DNA of 64,000 nucleotides from an uncultured Verrucomicrobiae bacterium (lineage in GTDB: Bacteria > Verrucomicrobiota > Verrucomicrobiia > Limisphaerales > UBA11358): NCBI GenBank assembly GCA_963738225.1, contig CAVTVR010000007.1, positions 225,533 to 289,532 of the forward strand, read 5' to 3'. Below, piece after piece: positions 21,625-31,240 of this stretch. A model generated the notes under the pieces. That model was not told the DNA's origin and ran no database searches. It worked only from the letters and a program-made list of their open reading frames with translations. Made by a program: the position numbers and the translations under genes. Each line of letters opens with the position of its first letter. Position 1 is the stretch's first letter.

Positions 21625-23730
21625 ATGAAAAATTATCCTCCCGCTGAAATCCGCAACTTCGCCATCGTCGGCCACGCCTCGTCCGGCAAAACCCTGTTGA
21701 GCGAGGCGATGCTTCGCTGCGCCGGGGTGATCACGCGCATGGGAAGCATCGCCGACGGCACGACCGTTTCCGATTATCATGTCAGCGAAAAGCAGCGGCA
21801 GATTTCCGTCTCCGCCACGCTGATGCACGCCGAATGGGCGGGCAAAAAATTCAACCTCATTGACACGCCCGGCTATCTGGACTTCATCAGCGAAGGCCTG
21901 GGCGCGCTGCGCGTCGGCGATTTCGCGCTCGTCGTCATCCACGCGCAACACGGCCTCGGCGTGGGCACCGACCGCGTGTGGAATTACGCGACCGAATTAC
22001 GGCATCCCGAAAATGATCGTCGTCAACGCGCTCGACCGGGAAAACGTGGATTTCGACGCGGCGGTGAAGTCCGCGCAGGAACATTTCGGGCGGCACGTTT
22101 TTCCGTTGAGCGTGCCGGTGAACGCCGGTCCCGGCTTCAATCGCACGCTGGATGTCTTGCGCAACGAAGTCGTCACCTACGCCACCGACGGCTCCGGCAA
22201 ATACACCGAGGAGCCCGCCACCGGCGAGCTCGGCGAACGCGTGAAGCAACTGCACAACGAACTCATCGAGCACATCGCCGAATCCGACGACGGCCTGATG
22301 AACAAATATTTCGAGCAAGGCGGTTTGTCCGAGGAGGAATTCCGCGCCGGCATCCACGCGGCGGTGCAAAAGGAATTGTTCATCCCGCTCTTCGCCGTCT
22401 CGGCGGAGAAAAATATCGGCGTCGCGCGCCTGATGGATTTCATCGCCAAATACGGCTCGTCGCCGGTGGACCGCAAGAACGTCCCGGCGATTGACGCCAA
22501 CGGCAATGAAACCGAGGTCAAGCTCGACAGCGCCGAAACCGTGGCCTACGTCTTCAAGCACATGACCGAGGCGCAATTCGGCGAGCTGTCTTTCTTCCGC
22601 GTCTATTCCGGCACGCGTCACCACCGGCACCGATTTGTTCAACAGCGACCGCAAGATCACCGAGCGCGTCGGCCAGATTTTTCTGCTCAACGGCCAGAAC
22701 CGCGAGGCCGTCCACTCGCTCGGCGCGGGCGACATCGGCGCGGTCGTGAAGCTCAAGGACACGCACACCGGCAACACGCTCTGCGCGCCGAAGCATCCGT
22801 TGACGTTGCCGAAAGTGGTTTATCCCAAGCCGAACATCCACGCCGCGCTCATCGCTAAAGTGAAAGGCGAGGAAGACAAAATCGCCACCGGCCTCGCCGC
22901 GCTGCACGAGGAAGACCCGACATTTCTCTACGTCGTGGATCGGCGAACTGCACCAGACCATTTTGTCGGCACAAGGCGAGTTGCACCTGGAAGTCATCGC
23001 CGACCGTTTGCGCCGCCGGCACAATGTCCACGTCGAACTCGCCGAGCCGCGCGTGAAATACCGCGAGACGATCAAGGGCCGGGGCGAATCCAAATATCGC
23101 CATAAAAAACAAACCGGCGGCGCGGGCCAGTTCGCCGAAGTCTGGATGCGCATCGAACCGAAGCCGCGCGACAGCGGCGTGGAATTCACCCAATCGCTCG
23201 TCGGCCAGAACGTGGACCGCAATTTCGTGCCGTCCGTCGAGAAAGGCGTCAATCAAGTTTGCACCGAAGGCGTCATCGCCGGCTGCCGCGTGACCGATGT
23301 GAAGATAGATTTCTACGACGGCAAAATGCACCCGGTGGATTCAAAGGACATCGCGTTTCAGATCGCCGGTTACTTCGCGTTCAAAGAAGCGTTCGCCGCC
23401 GCCAAGCCGTGTTTGCTGGAGCCGATTGAGATCGTGGAGATTCGCGTGCCGGAAGACTTCATGGGCAAAGTCATGGGCGACCTGTCCTCACGGCGCGGAA
23501 AAATCATGGGCATCGAGGCCGAAGGCGCGTTTCAGGTCATCAAGGCCAGCGTGCCGACGGCGGAACTGTATCACTACTCCAGCACACTGCGTTCGCTGAC
23601 CGGCGGGGCGGGCGTCCACACCGAGACTTTCAGCCACTACGAGGAAATGCCGCGCGAAGCCTCGGAAAAAGTAGTCGCCGAGGCCGCGAAACGCAAGGCG
23701 AACCACGACAGCGGCAACAGTCCGCACTGA
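21625..23730 (+). pseudogene. Elongation factor G paralogue (EF-G-like GTPase), with three frame breaks
   Basis: G1 motif AIVGHASSGKTLL, G3 motif DTPGYLDF, G4 region VVNALD, and the domain IV/V motifs GELHLEVIADRL and HPVDSKDIAFQIAG. The pieces lie in frames 1, 2, 0 and 1, with junctions near 21994, 22616 and 22942. Confidence 0.9.
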
Positions 23731-23834
23731 AGTAGCTGCGACGCCCCCTCGCAAAAAGTAGCTGCGACGCCTCGTCGCAAAAAGTAGCTGCGACGGCTCG
23801 TCGCATAAAGTGGCTGCGACGCCCCGTCGCACAC
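23731..23834. repeat. Four tandem 26-bp units, each containing a GCGACG-n-CGTCGC hairpin
   Basis: The units AGTAGCTGCGACGCCCCCTCGCAAAA, AGTAGCTGCGACGCCTCGTCGCAAAA, AGTAGCTGCGACGGCTCGTCGCATAA and AGTGGCTGCGACGCCCCGTCGCACAC start directly after the EF-G-like stop codon. Confidence 0.85.
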
Positions 23835-23935
23835 CGTAGCAATTCCCGGCAGAAAGCCGGTAACCGAAAATCATTCGGAAACAATGCGGCCGTCTGCCGA
23901 AACGCCGCTTCGGGAAAATCCAGGCTGCGTGACGG

Positions 23936-24250
23936 CTTGCCGGATGCCAGTTTCCGATCACCGGAAGGTCATGCAAAATAGCCGGACGTTTGCGGACGAT
24001 AGGCGAATAGTCGTGGCCGATAGCCCGAAGGCGGAAGCGGATAGCCGGATGCCTGTGGAACATAGCCGGACGGTCGTGGCGGATAGCCAGACGGTCGAGG
24101 AAAATAGCTGGATCAAGGTGGCGGATAGTCCGAGCAAGGAAGAACATAGTCTGAAGGCCGAAGCGGACAGTCAGGAGCCAGTGGAAAATAGCCGGAAGCC
24201 CGTGCCTGATAGCCGGAAGGCCGAATAAAATAGTCCAATGGCCTAATTTT
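23936..24250. repeat. Array of about 15 tandem units with an exact 21-bp period, core ATAGCCGGA
   Basis: The ATAG core recurs at 23978, 23999, 24020, 24041, 24062, 24083, 24104, 24125, 24146, (ACAG) 24167, 24188, 24209 and 24230. Degenerate units lie at 23936 and 23957. The first 9 nt of each unit are conserved and the remaining 12 nt vary. Confidence 0.85.
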
Positions 24251-24279
24251 CAATGATTTAGGTTTAAAACGAGGATTTT

Positions 24280-24310
24280 AGCCACAGATGGACACAGATG
24301 AAACACAGAT
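24280..24310 (+). repeat. Solo copy of the CACAGAT-type repeat arm
   Basis: AGCCACAGATGGACACAGATGAAACACAGAT is nearly identical to the arms at 15746 and 15887. Confidence 0.6.
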
Positions 24311-24662
24311 TCATTGGCCACAAAAGAACACAAAACGCGCAAAACTTTCTCCCTCTCCGCCAACGGAGTTGGGGGAAGAGGGCCGGGGTGAGGTGGCGCG
24401 TTAAACTTATTTCCTGGAATTTTCAGCCTCCAGGTCTTTTTTTAAGCGGGCGAAGGCGGATTCAAAGGCGTCAATGGTGGCCGTCTGCAAAGACTTCCAG
24501 TTGGAAAAGTCGGGGATGAAATACTCGCGCACTTCCACGGCCAAATCCATTCGGCATCGAAACAAGTCCAGTCGCGCAAAGATTTTCTCCCTCTCCGCGC
24601 TGGGGAGAGTAGCTCTGCTGGGTATTGCACAACGACGAATTTCCATAAAATTCAGCCATAAA

Positions 24663-24914
24663 TTGAGAAAAAAGAATCATTATAAACCATTGCCGGAGAG
24701 CATAAAGACGATAGGCGTTTGGATTCAAGTCAAACGCCAAAAGAAAAACCTAACACACAGCCACTTGGCGGTTAAAATGGGTATTGCAACGGCTTTGGTT
24801 CATTCATGGGAAGACGGCACCAGCCAGCCCGACAGCGTGCAAATGAAAGTTTTGGCAAGCCTTTTGGGATGCAACACTGATTTTGACCCGACAAAAGAGG
24901 ACATGTTTTCGTAA
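24663..24914 (+). CDS. XRE-family helix-turn-helix regulator (start tentative, TTG at 24663)
   Basis: IKTIGVWIQVKRQKKNLTHSHLAVKMGIATALVHSWEDGTSQPDSVQMKVLASLLG fits the Cro/C1-type HTH pattern. Confidence 0.55.
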   Translation: MRKKNHYKPLPESIKTIGVWIQVKRQKKNLTHSHLAVKMGIATALVHSWEDGTSQPDSVQMKVLASLLGCNTDFDPTKEDMFS

Positions 24915-24943
24915 GATGACGTGATCCTTGACGCCGCCGGATT

Positions 24944-25250
24944 TCAGCTTTTGCCTTGCGACAAGTGTTTTGCCCATAGGCCGGAAACAGTGCCCGCGAC
25001 AAGACCGACGAATAATCCAGCGCCATGAGCGATTTGGCCAAGGGGTCCGAAAACCCCAAAACTGCTCGCGACGGCCCAAAATATCGCCCAGATCAAGACC
25101 GTCCGGTCAAGACGCAGGCCCGCAGTGGGGTCGAGCATGTCGCGTGTCCAAATGTAACCCAGAAGTCCGCACATTACTCCCGAAATCCCCCCAAATGCCG
25201 GCCCGCGCACCGCGTATTGCGCGAGATCGGACACCCGAAGGTTGCCTGAT
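24944..25250 (-). pseudogene. Rhomboid-family intramembrane serine protease, 3' fragment only
   Basis: DLAQYAVRGPAFGGISGVMCGLLGYIW (GxSG active-site helix) and GQIAHGAGLFVGLVAG (catalytic His helix) are present. No rhomboid-like sequence continues upstream in any frame past about 25250. Confidence 0.65.
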
Positions 25251-25415
25251 GCGGATGCGCCCAGATGTTTATTCGTGCGGTTCCCCGGCATTGCGCCGCT
25301 CGCGGAAATTCGTGCGGTCGGCCACAATGATGGCACTCCGCAAAAATGGTGGCTGTCCACAAGGACTGGTGGCGCCAGCTTGCATCATTAAACCGATTCG
25401 ACGACCCTTTGCCCG

Positions 25416-26000
25416 GTGCAACCGCCCCGCCAACTTGAATCGCTGGATGACCTGCTCGCGCAGGCCGAGCATTACGCCGGATTTTGTATGCGCAACAGTG
25501 GAATGATGTCTCCCACGCTTTTCCTGATTGGCGCGGACGGGCCGCTCATGTTCGTCCCGGCTTCTCTGGTGGATGCCGATGAAAAGGACACTTTCGCCAC
25601 CACCGCCCGGCTGGTGTGCATCGCCCATGCCGCCACCATTATCGTCATGGCGCTTGAAGCCTGGATGAAGACCGCCACGCCCGGCGAGAAGATGGACATG
25701 ACCGAACCACCGTCCGAGGCGTTCGACCGGCAGGAAGTCATCGTGCTCATGGGCGAATCGCACAGCGGCCAGAAACAAAAATTCCTGCCCATCATCCGCC
25801 ACGGCAACGGAAATTTTTTCAATCTTGGCGAAACCACCGTTCCCGGCATGGACAAGATGGAAGGCCGTTTCGCGCAAATCCTGCCGCCGAAATTGGCCGA
25901 TGACCAAATGCGTCTGCTTGCAAAAAGCATGCTGAAAGTCAAAGGCGTCAACATTACCAAACCCGGCACCACGGTTCGCCTCACGCCGCCCCGGCGCTGA
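25416..26000 (+). CDS. Hypothetical protein (194 aa)
   Basis: ORF with non-repetitive, balanced composition (…TLFLIGADGPLMFVPASLVDADEKDTFATTARLVCIAHAATIIVMALEAWM…). No motif recognised. Confidence 0.45.
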   Translation: MQPPRQLESLDDLLAQAEHYAGFCMRNSGMMSPTLFLIGADGPLMFVPASLVDADEKDTFATTARLVCIAHAATIIVMALEAWMKTATPGEKMDMTEPPSEAFDRQEVIVLMGESHSGQKQKFLPIIRHGNGNFFNLGETTVPGMDKMEGRFAQILPPKLADDQMRLLAKSMLKVKGVNITKPGTTVRLTPPRR

Positions 26001-26142
26001 CTTTTGCCCGTATTCCCCGCCTCTTGAACAGCCTTTGTCCCACCCGTGGTGAAAAAATTCGCGCCGTTTTCAGATTTCGCTTTTCGTCTGGTTTCATTTA
26101 CAAATCCGGTTCACACTCACGGGAAATTTTTCAAGGCATAAT

Positions 26143-27159
26143 ATGGCAAAAATAAATTCAACTGTTTGGGGCATCCACGCCGGCAGAACCGGTGACGCCG
26201 ACGAACTTTTCCTGAAACACAATGTCATTGCGCTCGGCTGGCCGAAGGCGGGCGATATTTCAAAACTCGCCAACGACCGGGAGGCATTCAAGGCGCACTT
26301 GAAAAAAGTTTATCCCGACGAAAAAGAGGGATGGTATCCGGTCGCCGCAGGTCAGCTTTTCCGGTTCCTTCACGAGATCAAAGTTGGCGATTATGTTACG
26401 TATCCGTCCAAACAAGACCGCACGGTTCACATCGGCGAAATTACCGGCGCGTTCCAGTATGACCCGAAAACCCAGCCGGGTTATCCGCAGCAGCGGTCCG
26501 TCAAATGGTTGAAAGCCATCCCGCGCACACAATTTACCCAGGGCGCGCTTTACGAAATCGGTTCTGCCTTGAGCTTCTTTCAGGTCAAAAATTTCACCGA
26601 TGAATTTCTCGCCGTCCTCACTGGCGAACCGATTGCGCCCACGCTGGCCAAGCAGGATGAATCCATTTCCTACGTCGCGGAGGAAATCGCGCAAAATACC
26701 CGCGATTTTATTCTCAAAACTCTCGCGCAGGAGATCAAGGGGCACGCCTTCTCGCATTTCATCGCCCACCTGATGGGAACCATGAGCTACCGTTGCCGGG
26801 TGTCGCCGGAGGGCCCGGATGGCGGCGTGGACATCATCGCCCACAAGGACGAACTCGGATTTGAACCGCCGATCATCAAGGTGCAGGTCAAAAGCACCGA
26901 GGGCAGCATCGGCGAGCCGGTGGTTTCACAGCTAAACGGCAAAGTGGACCGGACGGAATTCGGCATGGTCGTCACGCTCGGCACGTTCACAAATCAGGCC
27001 GTCACGTTCGCCCGGAACAAAAGCAACTTGCGCCTCATTGATGGCGACGAGTTGGTTTCGCTCATCCTCCAGCACTACGAACAATTTGATTCGCGTTACA
27101 AGGCGCTGCTCCCGTTGAAGCGGGTTTATGTGCCGGAGCCGCTGGACGAAGCGGAATGA
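26143..27159 (+). CDS. mrr: Mrr-like (Mrr_cat, PD-(D/E)xK) restriction endonuclease with an uncharacterised ~150-aa N-terminal domain
   Basis: The C-terminal half GPDGGVDIIAHKDELGFEPPIIKVQVKSTEGSIGEPVVSQLNGKV...VVTLGTFTNQAVTFA...LRLIDGDELVSLILQH matches the Mrr catalytic-domain pattern (D...D-x-VQVK). Confidence 0.8.
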   Translation: MAKINSTVWGIHAGRTGDADELFLKHNVIALGWPKAGDISKLANDREAFKAHLKKVYPDEKEGWYPVAAGQLFRFLHEIKVGDYVTYPSKQDRTVHIGEITGAFQYDPKTQPGYPQQRSVKWLKAIPRTQFTQGALYEIGSALSFFQVKNFTDEFLAVLTGEPIAPTLAKQDESISYVAEEIAQNTRDFILKTLAQEIKGHAFSHFIAHLMGTMSYRCRVSPEGPDGGVDIIAHKDELGFEPPIIKVQVKSTEGSIGEPVVSQLNGKVDRTEFGMVVTLGTFTNQAVTFARNKSNLRLIDGDELVSLILQHYEQFDSRYKALLPLKRVYVPEPLDEAE

Positions 27160-27192
27160 TTTTTCGGTCCGAAAAAAACAAAAAAGAAAATT

Positions 27193-28035
27193 ATGAAACT
27201 GATGCAACTGATTAAATTAGTTCTGGATGACGCTTACGCAGGAATTAAAGCTAACAGTGAAGCCGAAAAGGATGAGCTGATAAAAATAGAGCTTGGGGCT
27301 TTGACTACATGTTACGGAAACCTTTCTAACAAGGCTATCAAGCCAATTGACTACAGCAACCCGTTAAAACGGTTTGCTTATATTTATAAATACACCGTCG
27401 CTCACGCGGATTACATCATGCAATTGATAAGCGGAGAAAAACAATTGCGCGATATGCTGAAAGGCAAAAGTGTTGAAGTTGCCTGCCTTGGCGGAGGGCC
27501 GGGCAGCGACCTTCTTGGCATTTTGAAATACATGATGAATGCGGGCATCAAAGACACAAAGTTGACCTGCTACATTTTTGACAAAGAACGCGCCTGGGGG
27601 GATTCATGGAGTGATGTAGCAATTCAGTTGACCCCGGACTTTCAACTGAATCCAGTATTCCAACAGTTGGACGTGACGGAACCAAATACATGGAAAAGCT
27701 ACCAAAAGTTTCTGCGGGCTGATTTGTTCACATTGAGCTTTTTCCTTTCGGAAGTTTGGAAAATCAAAAACGAAGCTCAACCGTTTTTCGATTATTGCCT
27801 TTCTCAAATGAAGCCGGGTGCAATGATTCTTTTTGTAGATAACAATTCACCAATATTCTACGAGTGGTTCGATACATTAGCCAAAAAACACAATCTGAAA
27901 CCCGTGTATGTAGTTAGCAAAGATTTGGTGTTTTCAAATAACGAAGAAAAAACCGATTTGGGAAAATATCTGAAAAAATTCGGTTGGCCCAAGCGCAAAA
28001 GCGACGCTGCCATCCGCATCATGAAAAAAGCCTGA
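27193..28035 (+). CDS. SAM-dependent methyltransferase-like protein (Rossmann motif I only)
   Basis: VEVACLGGGPGSDLLGILKY is a GxGxG-type SAM-binding motif. The gene is visibly AT-richer than its neighbours. Its stop lies 3 nt before the next gene's start. Confidence 0.55.
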   Translation: MKLMQLIKLVLDDAYAGIKANSEAEKDELIKIELGALTTCYGNLSNKAIKPIDYSNPLKRFAYIYKYTVAHADYIMQLISGEKQLRDMLKGKSVEVACLGGGPGSDLLGILKYMMNAGIKDTKLTCYIFDKERAWGDSWSDVAIQLTPDFQLNPVFQQLDVTEPNTWKSYQKFLRADLFTLSFFLSEVWKIKNEAQPFFDYCLSQMKPGAMILFVDNNSPIFYEWFDTLAKKHNLKPVYVVSKDLVFSNNEEKTDLGKYLKKFGWPKRKSDAAIRIMKKA

Positions 28036-28038
28036 CGC

Positions 28039-28992
28039 ATGATCATCTCTGCCAGCTACAAAACCGACATCCCCACTTTCTACGGCGAGTGGTTTATGAA
28101 TCGGTTGCGCGCCGGCTATTGCAAGATGGTCAATCCCTACAACCGGCGCGTAATCCGCGTGCCGTTGAACCGCGAGGCAGTGGACGGCATCGTATTCTGG
28201 ACGAAAAACGTCGGCCCGTTTGTGCATCATCTGGCCGAGGTCAAGGATCGCGGCTATCCGTTCGTCGTGCAGCACACCATCAATGGCTATCCGCGCGAGT
28301 TGGAACACGCCGTTGTCAATGCTGGCCGTGCCGTGGAAAATTTCCGCCGCGTTGCCGACCAGTTTGGCCCGCAGGTTTGCGTGTGGCGTTATGACACGAT
28401 CATTAATTCATCGCTCACGCCCCGCGAGTTCCATGTCGAGTCGTTTGCGCGGCTGGCGAAATCGTTGGCGGGTGCCACCGATGAAGTGGTGATTTCATTC
28501 GCGCATCTTTACCGGAAAACGCTGCGCAACATGGAGCGCGCGGCGGAGGATCAAAAATTCACCTGGTCAGACCCGCCGGACGATTGGAAACGCGCGCTCA
28601 CTGCCGAGTTGTCATCCATCGCCGCAGCCAATCAAATCCGACTCACGGTTTGCAGCCAGCCGCAATTCGTCGTGCCCGGTTGCGGCGAGGCGCGTTGCGT
28701 GGATGCCATCCGGTTCAACAACATCACCGGCAAACCGCTTCAATCCTGTTTGAAGGGCAACCGCAAGGAGTGCGGCTGCTATGAATCACGCGACATCGGC
28801 GAGTATGACACTTGCCCGCATGGGTGCGTCTATTGTTACGCCGTGCAGAACCATGACCTAGCCAAGTCGCGTTTCCAACAGCACGACCCGCAGGGCGAAT
28901 CACTTTTCCCGCTGCCGGCGGATGCGGTTGACGTGCCGCTGGACGTTAATCAGCTTGGACTTTTTGAAATTCACGGCGGCAAACGCCCGTAA
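28039..28992 (+). CDS. DUF1848-family protein (Cys-rich, Fe-S / radical-SAM-related)
   Basis: N-terminus MIISASYKTDIPTFYGEWFMNRL and the C-terminal cluster ECGCYESRDIGEYDTCPHGCVYCYA, as I recall for Pfam DUF1848. Confidence 0.8.
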   Translation: MIISASYKTDIPTFYGEWFMNRLRAGYCKMVNPYNRRVIRVPLNREAVDGIVFWTKNVGPFVHHLAEVKDRGYPFVVQHTINGYPRELEHAVVNAGRAVENFRRVADQFGPQVCVWRYDTIINSSLTPREFHVESFARLAKSLAGATDEVVISFAHLYRKTLRNMERAAEDQKFTWSDPPDDWKRALTAELSSIAAANQIRLTVCSQPQFVVPGCGEARCVDAIRFNNITGKPLQSCLKGNRKECGCYESRDIGEYDTCPHGCVYCYAVQNHDLAKSRFQQHDPQGESLFPLPADAVDVPLDVNQLGLFEIHGGKRP

Positions 28993-29040
28993 ATTCCATG
29001 CCCGCAAAATTTCCCCCAATACGGTGAAATACTGATAACA

Positions 29041-29731
29041 ATGCACCGACAAGTCGTCTCCAAAGAACGGGTGGCGGACCACGGCGAGGTTTATACCGCG
29101 CCGCGCGAGGTCAACGCCATGCTCGACTTGGTGAAAACGGAAACGGAGCGCATTGATTCCCGGTTCCTTGAACCCGCCTGTGGCAACGGAAATTTTCTGG
29201 CCGAGATTTTGCGCCGCAAACTTGGCATCGTCGAAAAACGCTACGCCAAGTCGCAACTGGAATACGAACGCTATGCCGTTCTCGCGGTCACTTCAATTTA
29301 CGGCATTGATATTCTGCAGGACAACGTCCAGGCCTGCCGGCAGCGGCTTTTGGGAATCTTCGATGAAAACTACCGCCGGTTGTTCAAGGACCAGACCAAG
29401 GACGGTTGCCGCCACGCCGTCCGGTTTATCCTGGAACGGAATATCATTTGGGGCGACGCGCTGACGCTCAAGACCGTTGGCGACCATGCCGGGCTACATC
29501 GTGTTTTCCGAATGGTCGCCGGTCAACGGCAACCAGCTCAAGCGGCGGGATTTCACTTTTCACGCACTGCTGCGGCATGAGGAAACGAGAGAAGCATTGC
29601 TCTTTCCTGATTTGGACAAGGAAAACGCCGAACAGATGCCGCTTTTTTCAGACCTTGGCGACGAGGTTTTTATTCCGACGCCGACAAAGGAATTTCCGCC
29701 GACGCATTTCATGGAGGTTGCTCATGCTTAA
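29041..29731 (+). pseudogene. DNA-methyltransferase-like protein with SAM motif I but no NPPY motif; one frame break near 29476
   Basis: GEVYTAPREVNAMLDLV, FLEPACGNGNFLAEIL (motif I), YGIDILQDNV and NIIWGDALT are present. After the break the sequence reads LATMPGYIVFSEWSPVNGNQLKRRDF... No (N/D)PP(Y/F) occurs in any frame of this gene. Confidence 0.65.
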
Positions 29732-31240
29732 CACCGGTAGCTACAACCCGGACATCCTGACGTGTCTCGCGAATCTCAGCAGCGACGAGGTTTTCACGCC
29801 GCCGAAAGTGGCCAACGAAATTCTGGACCGGTTGCCGCCGGAAATCTGGAAAGACAAGAACGCCCGTTTCCTGGACCCGTTTTGCAAATCCGGCGTGTTC
29901 CCGCGCGAGATTGCGCGGCGATTGATGAAGGGTTTGGAAAAGAAATTCCCGAACCAGCAGAAACGGGCGAATCACATTTTCACCAAGCAGATTTTCGCCA
30001 TCGCCAATCACGGAATTGACGGCGCACATTGCCCGCCGGTCGGCATATTGTTCCAAAACCGCCAACGGCAAGTATTCCGTGTGCGATGCGTTTGACGACA
30101 ATCAAGGCAACATCCGTTTCAAACGCATCCAGCACACTTGGGAGGATGAACGCTGCGTGTTCTGCGGAGCCGCCCAGCAGGAATATGACCGTGGCAACGA
30201 ACTGGAAACTCACGCCTACCAATTTATCCACACTGAAAATCCAGAGGAGATATTCAATATGAAATTTGACGTCATCGTCGGCAATCCACCCTACCAATTG
30301 GGCTCGGATGGCGGCACGCGCGACATTCCCATCTACAACAAATTTGTGGATCAGGCCAAGAAGATGAATCCGCGCTATCTGTCCATGATTATCCCTTCGC
30401 GCTGGATGGCCGGCGGATTGGGTTTGTCCGATTTCCGCCGTTCAATGCTGGAAGATCGCCGGATGCGAAAGTTGGTGGACTACGAGCGCATGGATCTGGT
30501 CTTTCCTGGTGTGGATTTTGAAGGAGGCATCTGCTTTTTCCTATGGGACCGCGAGAATGAAGGCCCGTGCGAAGTTACCACGGTTTGCGGTGACGAGACA
30601 ACTGGTCCAGTCGAACGCAACTTGAGCGAGCATGACGTTCTCGTCCGAGACATCCGCGCACTGAAGATACTGAAAAAGGTTTTGAGCGCAGGCGAGCCAT
30701 CCATCACCGAGATTTTGTCGGTGGATAAGGAATTCGGTTGGACATCCAACTTTGACGGCTTCCACGATAAGCAAAAAGCAAATGATGTCGCCTTGCATTA
30801 CAATCGGAAAGGCAAGCGGCTAATCGGCTATATCAACCGTAAGGAAGTTGGTAAGAGTCCGCATTTAATTGATAAATGGAAGGTGATGGTCCCGAAGGCA
30901 TACGGAGAACGAGGAATTCGTCCAGCAATGGTGCTTGGCCCAAGCTTGATCGCTGGTCCGCCGTCGGTTTGCACACAGACATACCTATTCTTCTTCGTTG
31001 AATCGAAGAAAGCGGCCACAAGTCTTACCAGCTACATGCGGACGCAGATTTTTCCGGTTTCTTGTCTCGCTACGCAAGATCACCCAGGATGCCACTCGCT
31101 CGACATACACCTGGGTGCCACAGCAGAAATGGGATCGCACTTGGACGGATGAAGCGCTCTATAAAAAATACAAGCTGTCGAAGGACGACATTGCGTTCAT
31201 AGAGTCTCGCGTTAGGCCGATGGAGGCAAAAGATGAGTAA
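29724..31240 (+). pseudogene. N6-adenine DNA methyltransferase (Eco57I-like methylase-domain family), with two frame breaks
   Basis: SDEVFTPPKVANEILDRLP, FLDPFCKSGVFPREI (degenerate motif I), FDVIVGNPPYQ (motif IV), PSRWMAGGLGLSDFR, and the tail FFRFLVSLRKITQDATRSTYTWVPQQKWDRTWTDEALYKKYKLS. Junctions are near 30006 and 31045. The start overlaps the previous stop (ATGCTTAA). Confidence 0.85.

Noticed and set aside
23884-24228. 114-aa ORF encoding a heptad repeat (…ADSRMPVEHSRTVVADSQTVEE…)
   Set aside because: Conservation falls on a 9-nt DNA core that includes would-be third codon positions, while the remaining codons are unconstrained. No RBS or obvious start context is present. Translation cannot be excluded without data.
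23936-24250. The 21-bp periodic array considered as a CRISPR array
   Set aside because: The period is far too short to hold a repeat plus a spacer. Units are contiguous degenerate copies with no unique spacers, and no cas genes are nearby.
24407-24646. 79-aa minus-strand ORF divergent from the XRE gene, considered as a toxin/antitoxin partner
   Set aside because: Only the last ~47 codons look protein-like. It overlaps a short dispersed repeat (TTCTCCCTCTCCGC), and no motif was recognised.
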